A stretch of 64,000 bases of DNA from Camelus ferus (taxonomy: Eukaryota). The notes beneath the pieces are model-generated. The model had not been told where the DNA came from. It searched no databases and saw only the letters and a list, made by a program, of their open reading frames with translations. This document shows positions 51,249 to 62,830 of this stretch, one piece after another; the stretch's first letter is position 1, and every line of letters starts with the position of its first letter. Position numbers and translations under genes: made by a program. The stretch is taken from assembly GCF_009834535.1 (NCBI RefSeq), contig NC_045696.1:78246001-78310000 (forward strand), written 5' to 3'.

Positions 51249-52483
51249 CTCTAGAAAGACAAAGTTTAGCACAAGCATTTGATCATCACCAAGTTGATTC
51301 TTTACACTGGAGCAATATCATAAAAATGTTCCATTTGGGCTTAAACCTTTTTCAAAAAATACATATATTTAAGGATAAAAATAAACAAAGCATTTATTTT
51401 TTAAAACAAACAAAAAACTTTTCCTTGGACACCAGTTATTACTGAGCTGAGAGTACTGTTTCCTCAACAGGAATATAATTTTTCCAGCGACCGCGTAAGT
51501 AACAAGGGCTTCATCAGCATGGAACTAGAAGAAACCCTAGGAGGTTGGGGGAGGGGGCTTCCTCTCCTTACAGCATTAACCCAAACCTCTCTAAATAGAA
51601 CACAAAGCTCCCAACACCACAAGGATCCAGCTTTGACTGGGCCAGTGACAGACTGTTAGCCTACCTGATTTTTAGTCGGTCTAAGAAACTTCCGCTTGAA
51701 TTCCTGTTTCAAAAATTAGCCTGGGGCCAGGCCTCCTGAAGCCTGAGAAATCAGTCATTCTCAAGCTTAGCTGATGACCTGAATCTCCCAGGCAAGTATT
51801 TCCAGAAGTTTTCCAACTCTTATCCCAGACCTAAAGTCTGTAGCCCCAGGAAACTTCTTTATGGTGATCAGCTGGGTACTAGTTCTCGGCCCCACCCAGG
51901 AATGGATCAGGGTAGTCCCCTGATCTCCTTAACTCCATGCAGCTGAAGGCAGCTTGTGTAGCTGTTCCGCTGCAGGTTTTTCTACAATTGGGTTAATCTG
52001 CGTCACACGTTCTCCTCAAGCCTAGTAGGTAAATCAATTTTCAGTACGTCGCTTCTCCAAATTTTCTGGCCTGAAACAGACTACTTCAAAATTCTCAATC
52101 TGATACTTGTTAACTTGTAAACCGATCCAAGTTTACTAGCAGTGCCATCGGTTACACACATATCGCTATCTTTTTTCTGGCCCCGAGGCTAACATTTCTT
52201 ACCCTATAAAAGGAATTAACAAGGCACGTCTCAGATTGAGGAGAGTGGAGAGGCACCAAAGAATGCTTAATTTGTATTCATAGACTATTTACCTTTAAAA
52301 CCTAATTTCTATCTGAAATAATGGGCTATGTATAAAATTAATCATCTTCCCAATAACTGTGACTAAGTTGAAATAGAAATTTTATGGTGATAAAATTAAC
52401 TGGGCCAAAAATTAAAAGCAAAAACAAACAAAAAACCCGTAAGGAACTAGTATACTCGTCCATAGAAAGCTATACCCACTTAC

Positions 52484-52774
52484 GAATGCATAAATCATAC
52501 ATGGCATCCAAAAAGAAAAGGCTTCATAAAAACAAAGTCCAAATATATTTTGGGTTTTGTTGAATGTAAAAGGCAAACAGTAATAACAGTTTGACAAAAG
52601 AACTTTTCAATATTTCAGAAACTACATCCCATCTTTTAGTGAAAATATCTCCTCTGCTGATTTAGAGGTGGCTGTTAAAAGCCCCAAGGGCCCTGTACAC
52701 TTAGCAGGAAGATGAAATGGTTTTTCTCTCTGCTTTCCTTCTACATCAGACTCCCAATCACAAAGAACTATGTT
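52484..52774 (-). pseudogene. Fossil exon (291 nt, phase 0-0); candidate exon 2 of a transcript from the CpG promoter
   Basis: Strong acceptor ttttgtttttttcctcacAG and donor ttc|GTAAGT. 97 codons in one frame, joining track ORFs 52622-52918 and 52412-52597, with two stops: NIVLCDWESDVEGKQREKPFHLPAKC...IFSLKDGM*FLKY*KVLLSNCYYCLPF...IYAF. Confidence 0.6.
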
Positions 52775-53094
52775 CTGTGAGGAAAAAAACAAAAAACGCT
52801 GACAAAAAAACCTTTCACCAGCTATATTTGGGTTTAGAAGCAGGCTTAAGTAACTTGGAAAAGCCCTGGGATAAACAACATTCCACATAAAGCCAAGAGA
52901 AATGACATATACGTGCATGACTTCGGATAATGTTCAAATCAAATGAATCATTCACCGAGTGCCTTCCTGCTCATCTGATACATGTCCAGGTCTGGGTTTA
53001 CTAAAACTCAAGAGATACGTAAGATACAGTCCCTGCTTTCGGGAAAGTACGACCTAGTTAGAGACCAGAACTACACGTAACAGCCAGAGAATAT

Positions 53095-53390
53095 GGGAAG
53101 ACCACTCACCCCGCGAAGCGCACCGGAGGCCGTGGCAGAGGCGGCGGCCCAGGAGGGCGGCGGAGGAGGAGGAGGAGGAGGAAGAGGAGGCGGCAGCGGA
53201 CGCCCTCGTGGAACGCCGCGGGGCGCGGGGGATTGTGGGTAGGCCTCGCGCGCCTCGGGTCTCGCACAGGCCTAGCCCCAGGGAAAGGCGTTACAGGTGG
53301 AAGGGGTAGTGAACAAGGATGAACAGCTGATAATGAGCAGGGGGCCTGGCGAGCTGGAGTCACAGGATTGCGTTTCAGAGCAGGCGTAAG
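53095..53390 (-). promoter_or_regulatory. Small CpG island / promoter with minus-strand first exon ending at 53110 (donor GTGAGT 53109-53104)
   Basis: The only GC/CpG-dense segment in an AT-rich window. Contains a (GGA)n tract and GC-box-like GGGCGG. ZNF143/Staf-like site TACCCACAATCCCCCG on minus at 53226-53241. Consensus donor cggg|GTGAGT. Confidence 0.75.
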
Positions 53391-53588
53391 TATTTAAGGC
53401 ACCTCTTAACCACAGGAGCTATTTCAAGCTGTATTGCAAACTCAGTTTACTGCTCTAAGCCAAATGCTGTTAACATCTTACGAATTAAGAAGCATGATTT
53501 TTAAATGTTATGAAGATGCTTGATAGCAGGAGTATTATTTCCAAATAAGCCCAAGGATTTCTTTAAAACCAAAACAAAAAATTAACTA

Positions 53589-53772
53589 TAGTCAGCCCTC
53601 AGTAGTTGCAGATTCTGCATCTTTGAATTCAATCAACCTTGAATGCAGAGCCCACAGATACTGAGGTCCGACTGTGCTTCTCCGCTTTAAAGAAGGAACT
53701 TGGGCATCTGCAGAATTTGGTATCCATGGAGGTCTTGGAACCAGTCCCCAGCGAAGAGGAAGAATGACTCTA
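53589..53772 (+). mobile_element. TcMar-Tigger MITE (MER2/Tigger3-like)
   Basis: TA-flanked agtcagccctc...tttggtatccatggaggtcttggaaccagtcccc...gactc. Confidence 0.75.
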
Positions 53773-54054
53773 TTTTGATTTCTTAAACCTAAAATAAAAT
53801 GCACACCAAATTTTATATATATAACTTCTTGAAAAGCCCTTTCTAACTTACTATTAGCATGGAGATTTGTAATTGTCTCAGATAAAAATCTGACCAATAG
53901 TTGCTGTGAAAGTATCAACCCAACTTCCAAAGTCACATTTCTCAGGCAGAAGTGTTTTAGGAGAGCCCGATTCCCCCAGGCTGACTTAATCTTTCTCCCT
54001 TCTATGGCCTTTTATACTTTGCATGTATATAGACTACAGATCTTATATTTTGTT

Positions 54055-54495
54055 GTTTATTCACTCATTTAATAAATATTTGTTGAGCACCTGGTGTGAA
54101 TCAGGCACTTGAACTCTAATAGGGAGCCTAACAAACAGGATTCCTTCACAAGGAGGTTACATCTTGAGAAGAAAGCGAATTGAAAGTGAAAATTAAAATG
54201 GATAATTATAAATTGTGGTCAGTGCTGTGAAAGAAACAAACACGGGGGTGAAATACAGCCAACATGTAGTGTAGTGGCCCAGGGCATTTGCACTGAACCT
54301 GCACTGCCTGGTCCCTGCTCCTGACTTGACCATTAACTAGCTCTCTGATCTTGGACAAGTTATTAGTGCTTTTCTGCTCAGTAGCTTCACCTGATGATCA
54401 TTGGGGATAATTAAAGTATCTACCACATAGCCATTATGAACATTACATAATAAAATGTAAATTACTTAGAACAATGCCTAGCATGTAGCAAAAAC
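54055..54495. mobile_element. L2 tail (minus, ~54055-54250) followed by MIR (plus, ~54265-54495)
   Basis: tcactcatttaataaatatttgttgagcacc; gatcttggacaagtta...gtatctaccacatag...cttagaacaatgcctagca. Confidence 0.7.
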
Positions 54496-55014
54496 ATAGA
54501 AATGACTGTTAGCGTAATTCCTACAGCTTTCCATTACACTCAAGCAATGTCTTGGCAAGAGGAAGCACCTACTGCAAATAAATTCTGTTTTATTCTTTTT
54601 TTTCCTGGTGCCACAGGGGAGTATTTTGAGATAGTAATTTACTACTTTCATAATCTTATGTACTATATTCTGATGGATAATTTTATAGTTGACAGTAAAT
54701 GACTTTAAGGCCCCCTTTGATGCTGAACATCTGATTTTTACAAGTGGAATAATTGTCTCTTTGTGGAATAACAGCCACAGAAACAAACACCCAACACTGA
54801 GTTTAAAATGTGGGTTCAAGAAAGTTACAGGGTATTAGGAAAAATAAGGGATGAGTCGATAGGTAAATATACAAGAAAAGAGATGTCTGGACTTCCAGAA
54901 AGGTGAAATAAGGTAGATTAGGGAAAGGAGTTGTGCTGTATTTGGGAAGGCTCACAAAGCAGGAAAAATATGCACAGGTAAAGATTATCTTTCTCTAATC
55001 AGAGGTAGACTAGA

Positions 55015-55290
55015 ACTGAGCTCTTTAAACTTGAAAGTGTGAATCACCTCGGGACTCTTGTTAAAACACAGATTCTGATTGATGAGGCCTGGGTGAGCCC
55101 TGAGATTGGAAGAGGATACTTTGTTTTTCAGAGGAGAAACAGATAAGCAGTATTAGCATAAACTGGGAGCTTGTTGGAAATGGAGATCCCCAGGCCCTGT
55201 TCAGGTCTGCTCGATCAGAATCTGAATCAGAATCTGCTAACAAGATCTCCAAGTGATTGCTGGGTCCGTTCAAGTTTAAGAAGCACTGAA
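55015..55290. mobile_element. MER5A/B-type MITE fragments
   Basis: gaatcacctcggg..cttgttaaaacacagattctg; gggagcttgttggaaatg...taacaagatctccaagtgatt...aagtttaagaagcactg. Confidence 0.7.
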
Positions 55291-55313
55291 CTCAAAGCTG
55301 GGGCTATTTATTG

Positions 55314-55431
55314 GTAGTGATCAAACCGTCCTGTTTGGCCTGGAGCTTTCCCAGTTTTAGCATTGAAAGTCTCCTAATTGGGGAAATCCCTGAGCCCCAG
55401 ACAAACCAGGACGAGTTGGCTGGTCACCCTA
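55314..55431 (+). mobile_element. hAT-Blackjack MITE (MER94-like)
   Basis: tttcccagttttagcattgaaagtc...ggtcacccta terminal repeat. Confidence 0.75.
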
Positions 55432-55907
55432 GCTAACTTCCCATAAATGGGACTGAAGTTTTCTATGCATGCTGCCTTGTGTTAAAAGGCACGGCTGTGG
55501 TACAGTGTAGTTAGCATACTCTTCCCCGTCTTCTGCCAGCTGCATGGTCTTGAGCAAATCACTTCTCCTCTCTAAGGCCTGCTTTCCTTGTATGTAACAT
55601 TAAAAATCACACCTTCCTCACAGGGTAGTTTTAAGGATTAAATAGCTTATCATGTAATTGAGCCTGATCTACATACACAAAAGTTTTTAGATGTTAGCTG
55701 TTCCTATCAAGAGTTTGTATCATGAAAGAAGGGACTGAAATCATTTTGTTTTCCAGGATATAAGCATGGCTGATTACGATTATGGACTCTGGCTTCAACT
55801 CAGGATAGGAAAGAAAAAAGAATGAGAAGAAAACAAAAAAAGGAGAGAGAGGGAATAAAGAAAGCGTGTGTGATGGGCAGGATATACAGGTTAGAAGTAC
55901 CACTCCA

Positions 55908-56097
55908 GCAGCAGCTCACCCACTCTAGCATGGTTATTTCCACCAGAGGTTCCAAGGTGGTCAGACTCTTTCCTTTACATATGGTGTATGTCTGTTCCTG
56001 AGCTACACTGGGACAGGTGAGTGGTTGTGACAGAGACTGCATGTCCGGCAACACTGAAGATATTTACCATCTGGCCCTTCAAAGGAAAAGATTGCTG
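55908..56097 (+). mobile_element. MER58-type hAT-Charlie MITE
   Basis: gtgacagagactgcatg...atatttaccatctggcccttc. Confidence 0.7.
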
Positions 56098-57260
56098 ATA
56101 GAATCTTAGCAAGACTTCCAAAAAGATCCCATAGCATATTCAGGCTGGGCACAAGCTTGCCTATACTTCTGTTGTAGAAGTAAGCACACAGTACTTAATC
56201 GTCTGCCTTCCCCTGATGAACCGAGTGCTTCTCTAGGGCAGGAATCATGTCTTCTCTATCTTTCTGTCTCCAGAGCCCAACAAAGAACCTGGTTCATAAA
56301 AGCTGGCCAGTAAAGGCACATTGAACTGAACTGAGCTACAAGTTGAAGCTGATGTATATTATATATTTTGGATGTGGGGCAGGGCAGTGAACTGGAAGAG
56401 TAATTTACATTTCTTTTAATAGGTACTAGATCCTCTGGTGAAAGCTGACTTCTGAGCTAACAGCTAATTTGCTGTTTTTATGTTTTTCACATCTACCTAT
56501 CTGGCACACCAATGAAAAGGTAATTAAAACCGAGAAGTGCTCCATTTGAAGCGAGAAAGCATTCTTGCATCCTCCTGTAAAATCTAATAAAACCCATGAA
56601 GCAAAAGGTTATATATAAGAATAACAGTTTGATAATAACTTTAATATTGAAAAATGTCTATCCAGAGCTTGAACTGCCTTAGTTCACATTACACACAAAC
56701 TTTCAGTAGCTGATAGGCCAATGGTACTCAAGTTCTTATCAGGTACAATTCAGAAGCCTGACTTTGGTATGTATTTATTATGCCATAAATAAGTCTTAGC
56801 CACAATTAAATTCCTTGCCATTTTGACAAAGTTACTATACTGTTTTAATATCGGGGAATAAATAATATGGCCAGTGGTACTAATTAGGAGGTTATTCTAT
56901 GAATAATTGATGCACTTATTCGCAAGCATTGCAGGAGATAGGCTGTCTTCGGTAAATTGCAGTATACAAAATTTAATACATTTCAAATAAATCTAATAAC
57001 TGTCAAGGCCAAGACTCCTTAAGAAAAGCATGCACAGTATAAAAAGACAATTCTACAAATAAATCTTTGGAGAGAAAATTGAAAAACACTTATCTTTTAA
57101 ACACATAATTTTCTCCCTCTAAGCTACTATCATTAGCCTGCTTTTTCATGTTAATAAAGTAAACTTAATTTTGGAAAACTTTTATAATGCCAGAGCTGTA
57201 GATGGGAGAAAAATATATTATATTTATGTTAAAATCCTAGATACAAAATAGAATAGATAC

Positions 57261-57552
57261 CTTATTAGCTCTATTATTTTGCTTTAACTCAAAAGTAAAG
57301 GAAATAAGAATGTTCTCCCTAAATCCTGGGAAACTAATAGTAAATTTATCACCAACAATTGTGTTTATACTTTTATCTTTAAAAATTTAATTAAATGTTT
57401 TGGCCTTTTACAGTAATCATAAAGTTACAGTCTTTAGATTGATATTTCTCAGGCAGGATGAACTCTGTGGATGCTAGACTTTCTTGTAAAAGTTCAGTAT
57501 TTCTACAGGTTGATGAACAGTTTTACTTCTAATAGATGGTTAGTCTTCAGTG
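57261..57552 (-). pseudogene. Fossil exon, tail region
   Basis: Acceptor tgctagcAG, donor aag|GTATCT. Starts LKTNHLLEVKLFIN (cf. tail 'PxFxxxLxL' strand) and ends in the open frame IFKDKSINTIVGDKFTISFPGFRENILISFTFELKQNNRANK. Frameshifted in between. Confidence 0.4.
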
Positions 57553-58159
57553 CTGCTAGCATAAACAGAGACAGTGAGACAACAGTATGGCAGGCAGGGT
57601 TTTAGCTCTGAACAACATAGACAGACAGATTAAAATATAGGTTCTGTCTGGAGTGGGAGGTGATTCTTGATAAAAAATATTTGCTTTCTCAGACAGAGGA
57701 AAAATTCCAGCCAAAAGTGAATCGCCCACATGTTGAAACAGTTTATGTCACAGTATTTTTGCAGACATGCAGTCCAACATGCAGATTATTTCCAGGATTT
57801 GTAGGAAAATTTAAAGCTGAAAATGTGTAACAATTATGTTGATTTGAGTGTGAAGTCAAAATGTATCAAGGTTTTGTTTGAGAGTCTGTTGACTTGCACC
57901 AAAAAACAGTGATGAGGGCAACTGGGACACAGATCAGGAAATCAAAGTCCTGGGATTCACTTTCTACAAGCCTACCTATTGTAGGCCCTTGAGTAAATCC
58001 TTTTCCTTCTGTGTCTCCTCAGGTATAAAATGAGATATTTTGCCTAGGAGACAAATAAAATTTAAAAGATCATGTCTGCAGTTTGAATCCTACAAATAAC
58101 TTGACTTTCATGTGTTTGGTGGGATAGGGATACAAGTTTCCAGTAAGACTCCCCAGTGT

Positions 58160-58312
58160 TTTGCTGCCTCGGTTTCCTCACCTGTAAAATGGGCTAATAA
58201 CAGAGCACCTCACTGGCAGTTATAAGGATCAAATTACTGTATGTGTCATGCACAGAGCATAATGTCTGACATATAGTTAGTGCTACATAAACGTTAACTG
58301 TTATTATCATTA
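58160..58312 (+). mobile_element. MIR SINE
   Basis: tgcctcggtttcctcacctgtaaaatgggctaataa...tgacatatagt. Confidence 0.8.
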
Positions 58313-59343
58313 TTTTTATAGAAAACAAATCAAGTACTTTTCAATAACCAGATGCCTGTTTACTTGTGGAGATTAGAAATAAAAATAAAGGGAGTTTTTG
58401 GTTAATGTCACTCACACTGACTAGAACTTTAATGATGCCAAAGTAAAGCATGAAAATAATCTTAATCCCAGGAAACATGATTAAACACACTAGCTCTGTT
58501 ATCCTCACCAGTCGTCACAATCTTTTTTATTATTTCCTTTCTCCTTTGATTTTTGTTTAAATCTTCCTCTCTTTTGTCTTTTACCCTTCTCTCAATTTAG
58601 CATTTTCCCTTTTTGCTGTTTTTATATTTATTCACTCTCTTCTTTAAGGGTTAGTGGTCTTTACCTGTCTACCATTATTGCAAATAGTTACTTGAGGGTT
58701 CAAATGAAAACCAGTGAATAAAACCGGCTCTAGAATGAGCTCTCAATTGCCAAAGCTCTGCTGGTTTGCACCGAGGTGGGTGACTGGCAGGCACACGACT
58801 CAAGAGGAGGGAGCAGCCAGCGGTGCCTGGGTGGGCAGGCGCCTCTGAGAGCACTCAGTGTGCCCAAATCTTAATTCACTGTGTTTGAAAAAGAAGACAG
58901 GGAGCATAGGTAAATCAAGCTACCTGATTAAAAAAAAGCTTGGTCAACAGAGCTAATACTGCATACAAATTATCATATATACTGTAGTATACATCTGGTT
59001 TTCTTAGCATTCAGTGGGCCTTAATACAAAGAAAATTGTTTGGTATGTAGTCCAGTGCCACGGGCCACTGCAGCTTCTGTGCCCCCTCTTCCTTCCTAAA
59101 TCTCCTGACTCTCCTGGTCCCAGGACGCACAGTCAGGTGGAAGTGGCTCCATTTCAATATCTTAATATGTTACTAATAATCATGTAACACTGCCTTTTGT
59201 CTGGGTTACTCAACCAATCCAGTCAGGGTTTATTATCAGATTTTGAAGTAAATCACTGCATCTCTATATTTTTACTAATTTTTACAGTCACAGCATATGA
59301 GCAATTTAAAGGTTAAGATTTTAAAAATTCCACTGCTCATTAC

Positions 59344-59411
59344 CTGCTGTATTCCGAGAAGTATAATTGAGGTCAGAAAACGATGTGATGAAAGTATGAG
59401 GTCTGAAAAAC
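59344..59411 (-). pseudogene. Fossil exon, tail region
   Basis: Donor cag|GTAATG at 59343. Alternative acceptors start the exon at 59402 (tttttcAG) or 59411. One frame reads PHTFITSFSDLNYTSRNTA. Confidence 0.45.
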
Positions 59412-59731
59412 CTTCAATTTATCAACACAAAAGAACAGAAAAGGCAACACAAACAAATTTCCCTAAGTAAATGATGTGTTTGCTCATCAGGAAAAAAGGT
59501 TAACAGAAGGTTTCTTCTTTTGAGAGAAAAAATGCTAAATTCTTCAAAGTTATAAGCTTGATTTTCATGCCATAAGTTTTTAATTTTCTTAAGTAATATA
59601 ATATAGAAAGGTATTTATGAAATCAAGGAGATTATTTTCATCACCATATTGGAGAGAGACAAATAATCTGAATTATGTTTTCCCTTTTAACACATTGACT
59701 TAGCTGTGTAAATCTGTCTAAAATGACTTAC

Positions 59732-59848
59732 CTGGGAAATACTAAAAAGAAAATTATGAAGTTTCAGGTATCATGTTTTCTCGTGACATTTTTTTTGCCA
59801 TTCTTTTTCAATTTTTTTTTCTTTCTCATCTGCCTCTTCACTTTGTCC
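59732..59848 (-). pseudogene. Fossil exon (117 nt, phase 0-0), tail region
   Basis: tttAG acceptor and perfect cag|GTAAGT donor. 39 codons: GQSEEADEKEKKIEKEWQKKCHEKT*YLKLS*FLFSISQ. Both stops are one transition from CGA/CAA. Resembles the 'RLxxFxxLxDY' tail helix. Confidence 0.6.
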
Positions 59849-60239
59849 CTAAATTGCCAGAATCAGTAAATGTTATAGGAAAGTATAAACATGGCTTTCT
59901 AAACCCTGAAGCATAAATAGGCAAAGAATCACCATTCAGTCTGGTCTCTCCACTTGTGATGGGGTTAGTTCAAAAACAACTTCTAAATAATACTTACTAC
60001 TGATAAGTGATGACTACTATGAAGAGACTACGAAAAGAATAGTTGACAGTTTAAGCAGATAATAAACACATTGTAAACTATATAAATTGTGAACATAATT
60101 TAGAAAATGAGATATATTAAAAATAAGATTAGTCTTTAAATCAAATTAAAATTTCGACAAATTCTAAACTGAAAGTGACTCAGGGTAATGAAATCACAGT
60201 CTGATTAAGGAAATTCAAATTGTGTTCTTTTGTATTAAC

Positions 60240-60430
60240 CACAGAACAGCTGGATAATCTCTCTGCAGATGAGATCCTGTAATTTTATACCAGCAGATCC
60301 ACATCCTGTGGTTTTTCCCAGCCCTTGGAGGAAATTTTGGTTAACTAGTCTCTATTGCCATCTATTTTTTGCTGTACTCTTACATATTGGTCTGTGCCAT
60401 TTGAATTCTATTATACTGTTTAGTCAATCC
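60240..60430 (-). pseudogene. Possible fossil exon
   Basis: Strong acceptor tcttccattctttcAG at 60431-60432, weak donor. Stops in all frames and no recognisable motif. Confidence 0.3.
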
Positions 60431-60877
60431 CTGAAAGAATGGAAGAGTTTAATTTGTAGAATACGTTAAACATACAACGTTAATAAAATTCAGGAATTTA
60501 AGTGTCAAGCAAAATGTGATATATGTGTATATGCGCATGAGGTAAGTATTCCAAAATTTTTTTCATTGCTACATACTATAAATATAGTTTACTTGGCTCG
60601 GTTTTTTGGTTGTTATTCTGTAAACTCTTAAGTGTTTAAAGATATAGAATGTCATGCAGAGATAAACACTAAATGAATTATTGCTTCTGATTTCATCACC
60701 AGGACATTTTTTTCCCCCTTTTCTGAGGGCCATCACATCACTTCGCCATCCTTTAATGTGCGCATGGTTGGAATCAAGTATTCACAAACACCAAACAAAA
60801 GACATTTTCAGTTACGATGACACTCAGATAAAGATTTGGACGTGGACCTGCTATCTTTAGCCATGGGGGGTGGTTCA

Positions 60878-61305
60878 CATTGCACTGAATAGTGTCACAC
60901 ACACACCAATTCATATCCACTCAGAGCCTGTGACTGTGACTTACTGGAAACAGAGCCTTTGCAAGTAGAATCAAGTTAAGCTGAGCTCATGCTGGAGTAG
61001 GGTGAGCCCATGATCTAAAAGTCTGTTGTCGTGTAGAAAGAAGGAAAGTCGGACACAGAGACAAACAGGGACAGAGGCAGAGACTGGAATGATGTGTCTA
61101 CATGTCAAGAAATGCCAAGGATTACCACAACACTAAGGGGAGGGCATGGAACAGTCTCCTTTACAATCTTTAGAGAGATTATGGCCCTTCTGACATCTTG
61201 ATTTCAGACATCTAACTTCCAGAACTGTAATAGAATAAGTTTCTGTTGTTTTAGGCCACCAATTTTATGATACTTTGTCTCAATAGCCCCAGGAGACAAA
61301 ATACA
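60878..61305 (+). mobile_element. MaLR solo LTR (MLT1C-like)
   Basis: atgccaaggatt...cttgatttcagac...ccagaactgt...aataagtttctgttgtttt...aataca. Confidence 0.8.
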
Positions 61306-61449
61306 CGTTTTTAAAATTCCCTGTTTTTCTTCTCTCTTAATAGCAATGACTTACACATCTTTCTATATAGGCTTTATCCTCATACTTACTCATACAGACA
61401 AAAGTCCTTAGCGGAAATGGAGGTTTCTCTTTGAAGGCTACTTGAGTCA

Positions 61450-61700
61450 CCTCCTTTAACAAGTCTCTCCTGATCTCTGTGACTTGGGCAATTTCCTTCT
61501 TAGTCTCTCACGTATATCTTCCCTACATAACATTTGGTACAATTGCAATTTTGTATTTGTTTGGGTTTGTCTCGCTCACTAAAAAGAGGCCCCGTGAGAA
61601 CAGATACTTGATTTGCTTCTGCTTGTTCCTGTATCTCCAGCATCTAGAACACTTCTTGGCTCAGAGTAGCTGGAAAAGTGGTAAACAGATGAATGAATGT
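61450..61700 (+). mobile_element. L2 LINE 3' end
   Basis: ctgtatctccagcatctagaaca...gatgaatgaatg. Confidence 0.65.
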
Positions 61701-62600
61701 TAACATCTTCTGATGTCTCCAATCATAAAGCCTCATTCTCCCTTTGAATCACATAACTTTTTAAGAACGTCTCTTAATTTACTTATTTCCTTTCTACAGC
61801 TCTTATTATTCTAATTCATAGGGATCTTAACAAGAAAGCTTAGGGAAGGTTGATTTTTTTCCTCCAAAATAAATATGCCTGACTTCCCCCTCTTCCACCC
61901 CGGTTAGCTTCTCCTGGCAGAAGAGAATATAGATGGGGGTGGGGAGTGGTTTGTTGTTTTCATTTTTAAAAACTCCTCTATATTCTCTATATGCCCCATT
62001 CCTTTCCTCTCTGGTAGAGGAGACTAAAATAAAACAGAGGACCTGGTCTAGAGCCCCAGAGCACCAACACCCTCTAGTCAAAAAAACACAAAGCAAAATG
62101 GTTCTTTCATTCTCTCTGTGTCCATCAAAAAAAAACAAAAAAAAAACCTGATTCCCACAACTCTATCTTTAAAAAGATATTTCTCTGAAATGTGATACTT
62201 AGAGACATGTATGATTACGTTTGATATATCTCTTTTAATTTTCAGTCCAAAGCAGACTAATATATTCTTCAATCAGTGCATTTTATTTAGTTTCTTAATA
62301 TTAAATTATCATAGCTTTCCATTCTTTGAATATCCTTTTTCCTATGAAAACAAACTTTTAAGAAGTTGACTATAATTTTAGGGTCATTAGAAAATTAAAG
62401 GACATATAAGTGTAAGGAATAATCTGTAAGAAGTAAAGGAGAAGTGATAAAATCAAGTCTCCAAAGTGAATTTCTATTTTTCTAAAAATAAGTGTAAAAA
62501 TGCATTGAGTTCATATAAATGGAAGTACAGTAAATAAAAACCCACAAAAACATCTTACCCAATAACAGATATTATCTGTACTTAAAAAAAATTACATTAC

Positions 62601-62830
62601 CTTGTTAGTTTAAAATATTTATGGGACTTGGAAACAAGAAAACTTTCTTGAATGTTTCATTGTTAGTAAAGCCAAGAAATTACACTGCTTCAAATCAGCA
62701 ATGATCTTATCACAACTGATCCTCACTTTTTCCCAGCTCTTATTCACAGTAACAGAAAATTCAATCTTCAGTCTGTCTACAAAGAATTGTAGGTCAAACT
62801 CCAACAAGTTTAAAGGTGGTTCTCAAAGCA
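62601..62830 (-). pseudogene. Fossil exon, dynein N-terminal tail-like
   Basis: Acceptor tttctatatgtAG, donor aag|GTAATG. Translation NLLEFDLQFFVDRLKIEFSVTVNKSWEKVRISCDKIIADLKQCNF, then a frameshift to LGFTNNETFKKVFLFP. Loosely resembles the Y(T/S)LxEF...helical tail segment of DNAH6/DNAH14. Confidence 0.5.

Noticed and set aside
51475..51500. Plus-strand 7-nt microexon-like motif tttttccAG cgaccgc GTAAGT
   Set aside because: No plus-strand gene context; expected by chance in 64 kb.
53106..53363. 85-aa Pro/Arg-rich ORF over the CpG island
   Set aside because: Non-ATG start and a GC-content artefact; better explained as promoter plus non-coding first exon.
56440..56585. Additional minus-strand exon candidate with a good acceptor (ttttacAG)
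   Set aside because: Could not assign a frame, donor or motif; left uncalled.
60245..60340. Plus-strand exon-like segment (EQLDNLSADEIL*FY...)
   Set aside because: Internal stop and no other plus-strand exons; overlaps a minus-strand candidate exon with a better acceptor.
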